A stretch of DNA of 64,000 nucleotides from Chloroflexota bacterium (GTDB lineage: Bacteria > Chloroflexota > Limnocylindria > Limnocylindrales > CSP1-4): the NCBI GenBank assembly GCA_003158295.1, contig PMIP01000093.1, positions 7,630-71,629 on the forward strand. Reading direction: 5' to 3'. Positions 8,171 to 15,996 of this stretch are shown here, one piece after another; position 1 is the stretch's first letter, and the number at the start of each line of letters is the position of its first letter. A program made the position numbers and the translations under genes. The notes under the pieces were generated by a model. The model was not told the origin of the DNA, did not search any database, and worked only from the letters and a program-made list of their open reading frames with translations.

Positions 8171-8418
8171 CCGCAGTCAAACGGGAGATCAGGGAGATCG
8201 TCCGCGAGGAGCCGTTTATGCGGGGCCGGATCCTTGCAGCCCTCGCCGAAGGGCCCCACACAGTCCCGGAGATCGCCGAAGCTATCGGTCGGCCGGCCAA
8301 TGAGGCGATGTACTGGGTCATGGGGATGCGCCGCTACGGCTGGGTCCGTGAAGTCAAGGAAGCCGCGGTGGATGGCTACTTTCGATACCAGGCAGTAGCC
8401 AGGGAGCAGCGGTCATGA
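8167..8418 (+). CDS. Small (83 aa) winged-helix-like protein embedded in the hdr/qmo-like operon
   Basis: ATGA overlaps at both ends (8167-8170 and 8415-8418). RGRILAALAEGPHTVPEIAEAIGRPANEAMYWVMGMRRYGWV looks like an HTH plus wing. Confidence 0.65.
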   Translation: MTAVKREIREIVREEPFMRGRILAALAEGPHTVPEIAEAIGRPANEAMYWVMGMRRYGWVREVKEAAVDGYFRYQAVAREQRS

Positions 8419-9554
8419 CGACTCGCGTCGACCGAAACCTCTACCCCGAACTGCAGCGCTACGGCGCCACAGACATCTCGGCCTGCTTCAACTGCGGAGT
8501 CTGCACCGCGATCTGCCCTCTTTCCGTCGACGGAGCGTCGTTCCCGCGGCGGATGTCGCGCTACGCCCAGCTGGGGATGCGAGAGAAGCTCCTCTCCAGC
8601 CCCGAACTGTGGTCGTGCTACGGCTGCTCAGAGTGCACGGATTCATGCCCGACCCAGGCCGACCCGGCCTCGTTCATGGCCGCGGCTCGCCGCTACGCCG
8701 TAGCCAGCTACGACCGGACCCATCTGGCCCATTACCTGGCCACCTCGAAGGTCTTCGCCCTCGTCTTCGTGACAGCCCTGGTCGGGTTGCTGGCGGCGTT
8801 CATGTACTCCGTCCACAAACCCGTCGACGGCTCGACGCTGGCCTTCTTCGACTTCGTTCCCTCCGATGCGATCCACAACATGGGCATCGCCGTCATGGCG
8901 ATCATGGGAGCGGCCGCCCTGATCGGGCTCCTGGAGATGGTCCGGCGTGTCTTGCGCGGCCCCGCCACGGGCGCGGCGAAGGCCACGGTTCGTAAGACGG
9001 CGGACGCAGCCTGGAACGCCGCGGCCGTGGAGTCGTTGGCCCAGACCCGCTTCCGCCAAGACTGCGCCGACGCCACCGAGACCCGGCCGTGGTATTCCCA
9101 GCGCTGGTTCATCCACTTCGCCACGATGTGGGGCTTCCTGGGCCTGCTCGGCGCCACGATGCTCGACTACGGGCTGGAGTTGGCGGGCCTGAAGGCGACC
9201 GGAACGCCGGTGCCGATCTGGTATCCGGTCCGAGTGCTCGGCACGCTGGCCGGCGCCGCGCTGATCTACGGCACAACGGTCCTCATCGTCCGCAGGCTGC
9301 GCCGCAGCGACCGTTCGAGCCTACACTCGACAACGTCCGACTGGACGTTCCTGTCGATGCTGTGGATCGCCGGCGTGACCGGCTTCATCCTGGAGCTCGG
9401 GCTCTATCTTCCCAGCGCGCCGTCATGGGGTTATCCGATGTTCCTGGTCCACGTCGCGGTAGCGATGGCCCTCGTGCTGTTGGTCCCGTTCGGCAAATTC
9501 GCGCACGTCCTGTACCGTCCGGTCGCGCTCTTCGCCATCCGGTTGCGGGGCTAG
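8415..9554 (+). CDS. QmoC-like subunit: HdrC-like 2x[4Fe-4S] domain fused to an HdrE/NarI-like six-helix cytochrome b domain
   Basis: 379 aa. CFNCGVCTAICP and CYGCSECTDSCP are followed by six hydrophobic helices with conserved His (IHNMG, IHFATMWG, LVHVAV, FAHVLY). Confidence 0.8.
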   Translation: MTTRVDRNLYPELQRYGATDISACFNCGVCTAICPLSVDGASFPRRMSRYAQLGMREKLLSSPELWSCYGCSECTDSCPTQADPASFMAAARRYAVASYDRTHLAHYLATSKVFALVFVTALVGLLAAFMYSVHKPVDGSTLAFFDFVPSDAIHNMGIAVMAIMGAAALIGLLEMVRRVLRGPATGAAKATVRKTADAAWNAAAVESLAQTRFRQDCADATETRPWYSQRWFIHFATMWGFLGLLGATMLDYGLELAGLKATGTPVPIWYPVRVLGTLAGAALIYGTTVLIVRRLRRSDRSSLHSTTSDWTFLSMLWIAGVTGFILELGLYLPSAPSWGYPMFLVHVAVAMALVLLVPFGKFAHVLYRPVALFAIRLRG

Positions 9555-9564
9555 GAGGCTGATC

Positions 9565-10146
9565 ATGGCGAGCAAGCGAAGGAACGGAGGCCCGGGTTCG
9601 CGTTCGGCCGCGCCGGTCAGCCGAGGCAGGGCCGCGCCGGTCAGCCGAGGCAGGGCCGCGCCGGCCGCCACGGACCGGAACAGGCTCTACCTGGCTATCG
9701 CCGGCGGTGCCTTGGCCTTGCTGGCCGCGTTCGCGATCGCTTTCGTCGCGCTCGCCGGCGGCGGTTCCAAGGCCGCGCCCAGCCTGTCCACCGGCCAGAC
9801 GATCGTCCAGGGCCAGGGGGGCCAATGGACCAACGTCACGCCGGACCGGCTGGCCCAGATGATTCAAAGCAAGGACTTCACGCTGGTGAACGTCAAGACG
9901 CCCTACATCGGCGAGATCGATGGCACCGACCTCTACATCCCGTACGACCAGCTCACCGCCCGCGCCTCGGAGCTGCCTTCCACCAAGTCGGCCAAGATCC
10001 TGGTCTACTGCCGCAGCGGGGCGGAGAGCGCCCAGGCCGCGCAAACGCTCCTGAACCTCGGCTACACCAACCTCTGGAACCTCGATGGCGGCATGAATGC
10101 CTGGCAGGCGTCCGGGCGGACCCTGGTCCAGAAGAACCGCCAGTAG
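9565..10146 (+). CDS. Membrane-anchored rhodanese-domain sulfurtransferase
   Basis: 193 aa. AGGAGG RBS. One TM helix (LYLAIAGGALALLAAFAIAFVAL). Rhodanese active-site loop YCRSGAES and GGMNAW. Confidence 0.85.
   Translation: MASKRRNGGPGSRSAAPVSRGRAAPVSRGRAAPAATDRNRLYLAIAGGALALLAAFAIAFVALAGGGSKAAPSLSTGQTIVQGQGGQWTNVTPDRLAQMIQSKDFTLVNVKTPYIGEIDGTDLYIPYDQLTARASELPSTKSAKILVYCRSGAESAQAAQTLLNLGYTNLWNLDGGMNAWQASGRTLVQKNRQ
9607..9664 (+). repeat. 24-nt tandem direct repeat (2.4 copies) inside the rhodanese gene
   Basis: gccgcgccggtcagccgaggcagg occurs exactly twice (9607-9630 and 9631-9654), plus 10 nt of a third copy. It encodes AAPVSRGR-AAPVSRGR-AAP in the cytoplasmic tail. Confidence 0.95.
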
Positions 10147-10290
10147 AGCGCCGACGGCGGCTCCAGCCCGGCCTCGAGAGTGATCGCAGGGCCGCCCGAA
10201 GCCTTTCTACCTGTCCATTTGACACGCGGCCACGCGGTCTCGGAACCAGGAGCCGCTCAAGCCAGCCATATCTCTAGAGGAGCACCATTC

Positions 10291-10686
10291 GTGAAGATCG
10301 CAATCGCTACCGATGACGGACGTACTGTCAGCCACCACTTCGGACGGGCCGCCTACTACTCAGTCCTGACCGTCGAAGACGGCGCCGTGGTCGCACGCGA
10401 GATGCGTCCCAAGTTCTCGCCTCACGGGTCCGGCATTGAGGTCCATGAGGAGCGCGAGGCGGGCCCGCACGGAGTGGGCCCTGCCTCGGATGCCCGCCAC
10501 GATCAGATGGCGGCGGCCATTGCCGACTGCTCCGCGGTCATCTGCGGCGGGATGGGCAAGGGTGCATACGATAGGCTCGCGGCCAACGGCATCAGGCCCG
10601 TCGTGACCGACCTCCAGGACGTCGACGAGGCCGCCATCGAATGCGCGACCGGACGCATCGTCGATCACGCGGAGCGGCTGCACTGA
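10291..10686 (+). CDS. NifX/NifB-type (dinitrogenase FeMo-cofactor biosynthesis domain family) protein
   Basis: GTG start with GAGGAG RBS, internal to track ORF 10180..10686. VKIAIATDDGRTVSHHFGRAAYYSVL...AVICGGMGKGAYDRLAANGIRPV is the family pattern. Confidence 0.7.
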   Translation: MKIAIATDDGRTVSHHFGRAAYYSVLTVEDGAVVAREMRPKFSPHGSGIEVHEEREAGPHGVGPASDARHDQMAAAIADCSAVICGGMGKGAYDRLAANGIRPVVTDLQDVDEAAIECATGRIVDHAERLH

Positions 10687-10750
10687 TCGTTGTCTCATAG
10701 ACCGAGCCGTTGGGCCTTCCTGCGGCTCCGAATAGGTGGAGGACGCCGTC

Positions 10751-11041
10751 ATGCTACATATCGTGGTTATGAGGCATAACGCTGAGAGCTTGGCCTTCCG
10801 CTCCGAGGAGCACCAGAAGAACGAGCGAACCGCGTTCACACGGCTGCAGGCACTGGGCAAGGATCACGACGCCCGCCTCGAGGGCGCGTGGGTCAACACC
10901 GGCGCGCACACTACGTTCGCCCTGGTCGACGCGCCCAGTGCTCACGTGGTGAACAAGCTCCTCGAATTGTCCGGGATCGTCGCGTGGGAAGACGCGACCG
11001 TCTACGCCGTCACGCCCGTGGAAACGCCGGAGACGCAGTAG
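10751..11041 (+). CDS. Small hypothetical protein (DUF3303-like by eye)
   Basis: GGAGGA sits 7 nt upstream of ATG 10751. The track start GTG 10736 would overlap this RBS. MLHIVVMRH...WVNTGAHTTFALVDAPSAHVVNKLL...VYAVTPV. Family assignment is tentative. Confidence 0.5.
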   Translation: MLHIVVMRHNAESLAFRSEEHQKNERTAFTRLQALGKDHDARLEGAWVNTGAHTTFALVDAPSAHVVNKLLELSGIVAWEDATVYAVTPVETPETQ

Positions 11042-11248
11042 GCCGCCACGGCCCACTGATCCGACCACCAGCTCCCGACCTCCTTGGTAGCGGATCGTGC
11101 ATTTGCGCAATGGCTCTTGCGCTGCTCCGAGGAACCCGAGGCGAGCGGGGCCAGCTCCATGATGATCGGGGCGACATTCGTTGGCCGGATCCCGGACTCT
11201 TGACGCACCTGTCGTTGGGGTGTACGTGGGGGTCCAGGAGGGTTGACG

Positions 11249-11752
11249 ATGCAGAACTTGCCCCGAGTGTCCCACGAGCACCACGACCGACTGTTGCTCT
11301 ACGTCGACCAGCTGAACTCGCTCGCCGACCGCCTGAGCAGCGACTCCCTGGACACGACCAGGCTCATCGAGGGACTGCCGGAACTACGGGAGCTTCACGA
11401 CGGCCTGACGAACATGCTCATTCCGCACATGGAGGCCGTCGAGGCGGCCGTCTATCCCACCCTCGAACGGCTCCTGGCCGACCGTCAGACGACGGCCCCC
11501 ATGGCCCGCGAGCATGTCGAGATTCGTCGGCTCGTGGGGGCGATCGGCGAGTTCGCCGAGCACCCTCAGGCCCACGCCGACCGGGGCGCCGTGCTGGCGC
11601 TGCGCCGCGTCCTCCTGCGGCTCTACGCTCTGCTCAAGGCGCATCTCTCGGAAGAAGAGCTGTACATCCCCATCCTGGAGGACAACTTGACGCCCGCGCA
11701 GGAGGCGGCGCTCGCGCGGGCGCTCGACCACGTGGCGGCGGAAAGGCTGTAG
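11249..11752 (+). CDS. Hemerythrin/HHE cation-binding domain protein
   Basis: AGGAGGG sits 6 nt upstream of ATG 11249 (the track start is TTG 11243). His/Glu-rich four-helix pattern: HEHHDRLL...IPHMEAVE...REHVEIRR...LKAHLSEEE. Confidence 0.75.
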   Translation: MQNLPRVSHEHHDRLLLYVDQLNSLADRLSSDSLDTTRLIEGLPELRELHDGLTNMLIPHMEAVEAAVYPTLERLLADRQTTAPMAREHVEIRRLVGAIGEFAEHPQAHADRGAVLALRRVLLRLYALLKAHLSEEELYIPILEDNLTPAQEAALARALDHVAAERL

Positions 11753-11785
11753 CTTCGAAGCTCGAGTACCACCGCCGACCTGAAG

Positions 11786-12268
11786 TCAGTAAACCCAGGG
11801 CAGAAGCCGCTTGGTGTGGCTGCGGTAGTTGTCGTAGTCAGCGAACTGGTCGGTCAGCCAGATCTCCTCACGCCGCGACTTTAGGTTGAAGAAGGCGGCG
11901 AGGACGAGGGCGCCGAGAAGGGCGAGCGGCGAAGCTGTCCACAGGCCCCAGCCCGCGGCGCCCAGGATCAGGCCGCCGTAGATGGGGTGGCGAACCAGAC
12001 TGTACGCACCCGACTCGACCAGGCGAGCCCCCGCCAGCGGCCTCGGGAACGGCGTCAGGTTCTCCCGGAGGTCGAACAGGCCTCGCAGTGCCAGGATGGC
12101 CCCACAGCCGATGAGCAGCAGGCCGGCCGTCATTCCGACTGGGAGCGCCGACCCGCCCCAGGCGGGACCTACTCTCCCGGCAAGGGCGATGCCGGCAAAG
12201 AGGACCAGCTGGATCAGGAACCACCCCTGGCCCCGGCTGCCCAGGTCCGGGAGCCGCGACGCCCTCAC
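11786..12268 (-). CDS. Isoprenylcysteine carboxyl methyltransferase (ICMT/PEMT-like) family membrane methyltransferase
   Basis: 160 aa, multi-TM. LVESGAYSLVRHPIYGG...EE..L...F..Y..Y is the family signature. Confidence 0.75.
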   Translation of the reverse strand: MRASRLPDLGSRGQGWFLIQLVLFAGIALAGRVGPAWGGSALPVGMTAGLLLIGCGAILALRGLFDLRENLTPFPRPLAGARLVESGAYSLVRHPIYGGLILGAAGWGLWTASPLALLGALVLAAFFNLKSRREEIWLTDQFADYDNYRSHTKRLLPWVY

Positions 12269-12271
12269 CGC

Positions 12272-12781
12272 CTAGCCCGCAAGGTTTGGCTGTCGCTGTC
12301 CCAGGGCATCCGGATCGGCGTGAGGTCCCGTAACGACGACCTCGCCCTCGATCGGAGCCGCGCCGCCGAGGATGCGGAATCGGTGATGAATCTCGACTGT
12401 GCCCGCCGAGAGCATCGCCGCCACTGAGCAGTACCTGGTGGCCGAGAGCTCGATCGCCCGTCGTACCGCGGACTCGTCGATGGCTGGACCCTCCACGATG
12501 TGGATCACGTCTGCGCTCGTGTAGATGGCCGGCTGGCGGTCGTCGCGCTGGTTCGCTGTGACCGAGACCTCGTAACGGGTCACGACTTGCCGCTTCTTCT
12601 GGAGGATCGACATCACGTCCATGCCGGTGCAACCGACCTGGCCGACGAGCAGCATCTCCACGGGGCGCGGGCCGGCGTTGCCGTCGGCGTCGTCCAGCAC
12701 GATCTCGTGGCCGGATCCGGTCCGAACGGTGAAGCGCATGCCGGGCCCGTCGAAGCGGGCTACGGACGACTTGACGATCAC
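12272..12781 (-). CDS. OsmC/Ohr family peroxiredoxin-like protein
   Basis: 169 aa. Both family cysteines are in context (LVGQVGCTGMDV and ELSATRYCSV). GTGA overlap with the upstream methyltransferase stop. Confidence 0.8.
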   Translation of the reverse strand: MIVKSSVARFDGPGMRFTVRTGSGHEIVLDDADGNAGPRPVEMLLVGQVGCTGMDVMSILQKKRQVVTRYEVSVTANQRDDRQPAIYTSADVIHIVEGPAIDESAVRRAIELSATRYCSVAAMLSAGTVEIHHRFRILGGAAPIEGEVVVTGPHADPDALGQRQPNLAG

Positions 12782-13404
12782 TGGGGATTCTCCTTGGAAA
12801 CGGGACGGCGGACGATCAGAAGCGAGTCGATTGGGCCTCGGCCCGGAGGCGGAACACGGCGGACGACTTCCGCTCGCTCGACTTCGAGCGACGGATCGGC
12901 TACCAGGAGGTCGGCTGCGATCTCGTCCGCGGTGAACAGCCTCTGGGGATCGGGTCCACCCTCACCTTCCGTGGCGTTCAGGCGGTCATGGCCGATCACG
13001 AGCAGCCGGCCGCCCGGGGCCACGGCGGCCGCCGCTCCGGCGTAGATGGGCCGGCGTTCGTCCGGCGGCACGTGCAGGTAGACGATGGCTACGAGGTCGA
13101 ACGACCGGGCCGGGGGAGTCCAGTCGAACAGGTTGCGCTCCAGCCACTCGACCGAGACACCGGCGGCATCCGCTTTCGCCCGTCCGTTGGCAAGCCCGAC
13201 CGGCGACCAGTCCACGGCGGTTGTGCGCCACCCCTGCGCGGCCAGCCAGACGGCGTTTGTGCCGCTTCCGGCGGCCAGCTCGAGAGCGGTGCCGCGCGAC
13301 AGGCCGGAGGCGCCCAGTACGAGCGTCGGATTCGGTCCCTCGCCCTCGAAATCGCCCGCCTGGTGTCGAGTGTCCCACTGGATTCGGCGCTCGTCGGCTA
13401 CCAC
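12778..13404 (-). CDS. Class I SAM-dependent methyltransferase (TehB/TPMT-like)
   Basis: 208 aa. ALELAAGSGTNAVWLAAQGWRTTAVDWS (motif I) and later LLVIGH. Confidence 0.8.
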   Translation of the reverse strand: MVADERRIQWDTRHQAGDFEGEGPNPTLVLGASGLSRGTALELAAGSGTNAVWLAAQGWRTTAVDWSPVGLANGRAKADAAGVSVEWLERNLFDWTPPARSFDLVAIVYLHVPPDERRPIYAGAAAAVAPGGRLLVIGHDRLNATEGEGGPDPQRLFTADEIAADLLVADPSLEVERAEVVRRVPPPGRGPIDSLLIVRRPVSKENPQ

Positions 13405-13407
13405 GAT

Positions 13408-13746
13408 CTACTCCCTCTCCAGCGGCCGATTGGTTCGAGCCCAGGCATCCGTTCCGCCACGGACCGAGGCCGCGCCCTCGAATCCCGACGTCAACAGGAA
13501 ATCCGTCGCGGCAAGGCTCCGACTGCCGCTCTCGCAGATGATGAGGATTCGCTTGTCTCGGGGGAGGTCGGCGGCTTGCCGAGCGAACTGGCTCAGAGGG
13601 ACGTTGAGCGCGCCGGGGACGCGACCCCGTCGATACTCCCAGGCCTCACGGACATCCACCAGGCGAACTCCGCCGTCGCGCAGGAATTCGTCGAGCTCTT
13701 CGACGCTTATCTCGGGCGTGGCCCGGCGAGAGAACGACTGCACCAT
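13408..13746 (-). CDS. Single-domain rhodanese sulfurtransferase
   Basis: Internal ATG of track ORF 13408..13956. LVDVREAWEYRRGRVPGALNVPL...ILIICESGSRSLAA...GGTDAW. Confidence 0.85.
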   Translation of the reverse strand: MVQSFSRRATPEISVEELDEFLRDGGVRLVDVREAWEYRRGRVPGALNVPLSQFARQAADLPRDKRILIICESGSRSLAATDFLLTSGFEGAASVRGGTDAWARTNRPLERE

Positions 13747-13786
13747 CTGCTCTAGCTCCGTACGGGGTTTACGTGCTTCCTTCTTC

Positions 13787-14071
13787 TCAGTTGGCGAGCA
13801 GGCCGAGCGCGCTGTCGATCCGAGCCTGGTCGAAACCCACGATCGGGCTACCGTCGACCTCGATGACCGGCACGCCCATCTGCCCGGTCCGGCGCACCAG
13901 ATTTCGCGCGGCCGCCGGGTCGCGGCTGACATCCACGTCGCGGAACGGAACCCCACGGGTGCGGAGATACGTCTTGGCGCGCATGCACCAGACGCACGTG
14001 GGCGACGAGTAGACGATGACGCGATGCGTCCCGCCCGTGGAAGTGGCCTTATGCGAGAGGTAGCTACCCAT
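13787..14071 (-). CDS. Glutaredoxin-like (NrdH/YruB-type) protein
   Basis: Internal ATG of track ORF 13787..14230. VIVYSSPTCVWCMRAKTYL (CxxC) ...GVPVIEVDG. Confidence 0.8.
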   Translation of the reverse strand: MGSYLSHKATSTGGTHRVIVYSSPTCVWCMRAKTYLRTRGVPFRDVDVSRDPAAARNLVRRTGQMGVPVIEVDGSPIVGFDQARIDSALGLLAN

Positions 14072-14475
14072 CAGTCCGACTCCAGAGATGCGATTACCCG
14101 GCCGAGACGCTCTCGAGCCTCCGCGGCCACATTCTTGACTTCGATCGATTCGGCGATCCCGACGACCGCCAGGGGATCCATGGCCTCGACGATGGTGTCC
14201 ACGCCTTCCTGACGCAGGACTACGTTGCATGGCAGCAGCACGCCGACCGACGGCTCCGCTTCGAGCGCCCGGTGCGCCAGAACAGGATTGCAGGCGCCCA
14301 GGATCAGGTAGGGCGCCCCGTCAACGCCGAGCTTCGCCTTCATCGTCGCTGCGACGTCGATCTCGGTCAGGACCCCAAAGCCCTCGGCCTGGAGGGCAGC
14401 CTCTACCCGCGGTCGTGCCGCAGAAACGGGGCCGCCCAGTCGAATCCCGAGCGTGTAGCCGGAAGCATTGGTCAT
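14071..14475 (-). CDS. DUF302 domain protein
   Basis: Internal ATG of track ORF 14071..14568. FGVLTEIDVAATMKAKLG...YLILGACNPVLAHRAL...GVLLPCNVVL matches the family pattern. Confidence 0.75.
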   Translation of the reverse strand: MTNASGYTLGIRLGGPVSAARPRVEAALQAEGFGVLTEIDVAATMKAKLGVDGAPYLILGACNPVLAHRALEAEPSVGVLLPCNVVLRQEGVDTIVEAMDPLAVVGIAESIEVKNVAAEARERLGRVIASLESD

Positions 14476-14682
14476 GATCGGCTCGACCCGGCGGCAGCAC
14501 CGACTGGCCGCGCGAGATTGGACGACCAGCTTCTCGCCGGCCGCTTGAGATCTGTGAGAACCCTGCATACCTCGGCAAGGAGCCTGTTTCGCTCCGGGTC
14601 CCGATTCGCCTTATCTTTCATCGGTGCCTCTTGCGCGCCTCACCAGCAAGGTCGCTTGCCTGGCACACTAACACTTATTGCG

Positions 14683-14696
14683 TACTTGCGCAAGTA
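14683..14696. promoter_or_regulatory. 14-bp perfect palindrome TACTTGCGCAAGTA in the divergent DUF302/TauE control region
   Basis: Read directly. It is flanked at a distance by an 8-bp inverted pair, CCTTATCT (14609-14616) and AGATAAGG (14699-14706). Confidence 0.35.
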
Positions 14697-14737
14697 ACAG
14701 ATAAGGACCAGACCTTGTCGATCCGAACCCCCGGCCG

Positions 14738-15580
14738 ATGACCCCGCAGGCCGACTTCGGCATATTCGCCGTCAGCGTGTGCGCCGGCCTGATCGGATCG
14801 CTGGCCGGAGTTGGGGGAGGGATTCTCGTGATCCCCGCCCTGACCTTCGTGTTCGGCGTGGACATCCACCTCGCCGTCGGCGCCAGCATCGTGTCCGTGA
14901 TCGCGACGAGTTCCGGGGCCGCGGCGGCGTACGTCCGGGACCGCATGACCGATATGAGAATCGGCATGTTCCTGGAGCTGGCAACCACCACGGGGGCGGT
15001 GACGGGAGCGTTGCTGGCCGCCGTGGTGGCGCCGGCGTTCCTGTACGTCCTTCTGGGTGTGGTCTTGCTCGGCTCGGCTGCCATGCACGCAGGACGGCTG
15101 AACGAGGAGACGCCGCCGGCAGAACCGCCGTCGCGGATTGCCGCGGCGATGAAACTGAGCTCGTCCTATCCGGACCACCGGCTTGGCCGCGAGGTTCCCT
15201 ACACCGCTCGGCGCGTGCCGCTCGGCTTCGCGCTGATGTGGATAGCCGGGGTCGTGTCGGGGCTGCTTGGCATCGGATCGGGTGTTCTCAAAGTACTCGC
15301 CATGGACGGAGCGATGCGTCTGCCGATGAAGGTCAGCTCGGCCACGAGCAACTTCATGATCGGGGTCACGGCCGCGGCCTCGGCCGGGATCTACCTGGGG
15401 CGCGGCGACGTCGATCCGCAGATCGCGGCGCCGGTTGCGCTCGGCGTGCTGGCTGGAGCGCTGATTGGGGCTCGGCTGCTCAACCGGGTATCGAACCGCG
15501 CGGTTCGGCTGGTCTTCCTGCCTGTGCTCGTGGCCGTGGGTATCGAGACCATTGGCCGCGGATTGGGGTTCGGACTATGA
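14738..15580 (+). CDS. TauE/SafE (DUF81) family sulfite/organosulfur anion exporter
   Basis: 280 aa, about 8 TM. Gly-rich repeats GSLAGVGGGILVIP and GLLGIGSGVL. Confidence 0.8.
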   Translation: MTPQADFGIFAVSVCAGLIGSLAGVGGGILVIPALTFVFGVDIHLAVGASIVSVIATSSGAAAAYVRDRMTDMRIGMFLELATTTGAVTGALLAAVVAPAFLYVLLGVVLLGSAAMHAGRLNEETPPAEPPSRIAAAMKLSSSYPDHRLGREVPYTARRVPLGFALMWIAGVVSGLLGIGSGVLKVLAMDGAMRLPMKVSSATSNFMIGVTAAASAGIYLGRGDVDPQIAAPVALGVLAGALIGARLLNRVSNRAVRLVFLPVLVAVGIETIGRGLGFGL

Positions 15581-15939
15581 GCCCGCAGCGCTTTCGCCTG
15601 ATGGTGAGCCTGGTCCTGGCGGTGGGCGTGGGCGTAAGCGCCACCCTCATCGGCGCGGGCTTCGTTGCGGCCCTGGCAGTCGGCTGGCAGGGGTCGCTTG
15701 TCGGGGTGACCACGACGGCGAGCGCGCCGACCACCGACTTCGGCGGGCTGACCTCCCGCTTGGGAATCCTGGAGCCGCTCGCCATCGCCCAGCTCGGACT
15801 TCTGACGCTGCTGGCCACGCCCGTAGTGCGAGTGGCGGCGTCGGTGGTCGCGTTCGCGTCCGAGGGCGACCGCCTCTACACCGCGATCACGGCAGTCGTG
15901 CTGGCGATTCTGCTGGCGAGCATATTCCTGCTGCGCTAG
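15577..15939 (+). CDS. DUF1634 membrane protein (usual TauE partner)
   Basis: Internal ATG of shadow ORF 14779..15939, with ATGA overlap on the tauE stop. Three hydrophobic helices and TPVVRVAASVVAF. Confidence 0.65.
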   Translation: MSPQRFRLMVSLVLAVGVGVSATLIGAGFVAALAVGWQGSLVGVTTTASAPTTDFGGLTSRLGILEPLAIAQLGLLTLLATPVVRVAASVVAFASEGDRLYTAITAVVLAILLASIFLLR

Positions 15940-15996
15940 AGCGACGCCCTGTTGCCCGGCGGCACGCCCACCGGACCCGGGCAGGTCGAAGCTCGC

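Noticed and set aside
9607-9664. Possible CRISPR-like repeat
   Set aside because: There are only 2.4 directly adjacent copies with no spacers, inside a coding sequence. It is a simple tandem duplication.
10219-10224. Perfect TTGACA -35 hexamer between the rhodanese and nifX-like genes
   Set aside because: No acceptable -10 element lies at 16-19 nt spacing, so I do not call a promoter.
11002-11208. 68-aa minus-strand ORF in the gap before the hemerythrin gene
   Set aside because: It has no RBS and no family resemblance, and it overlaps the end of the DUF3303-like gene. The region is more likely the hemerythrin promoter or leader.
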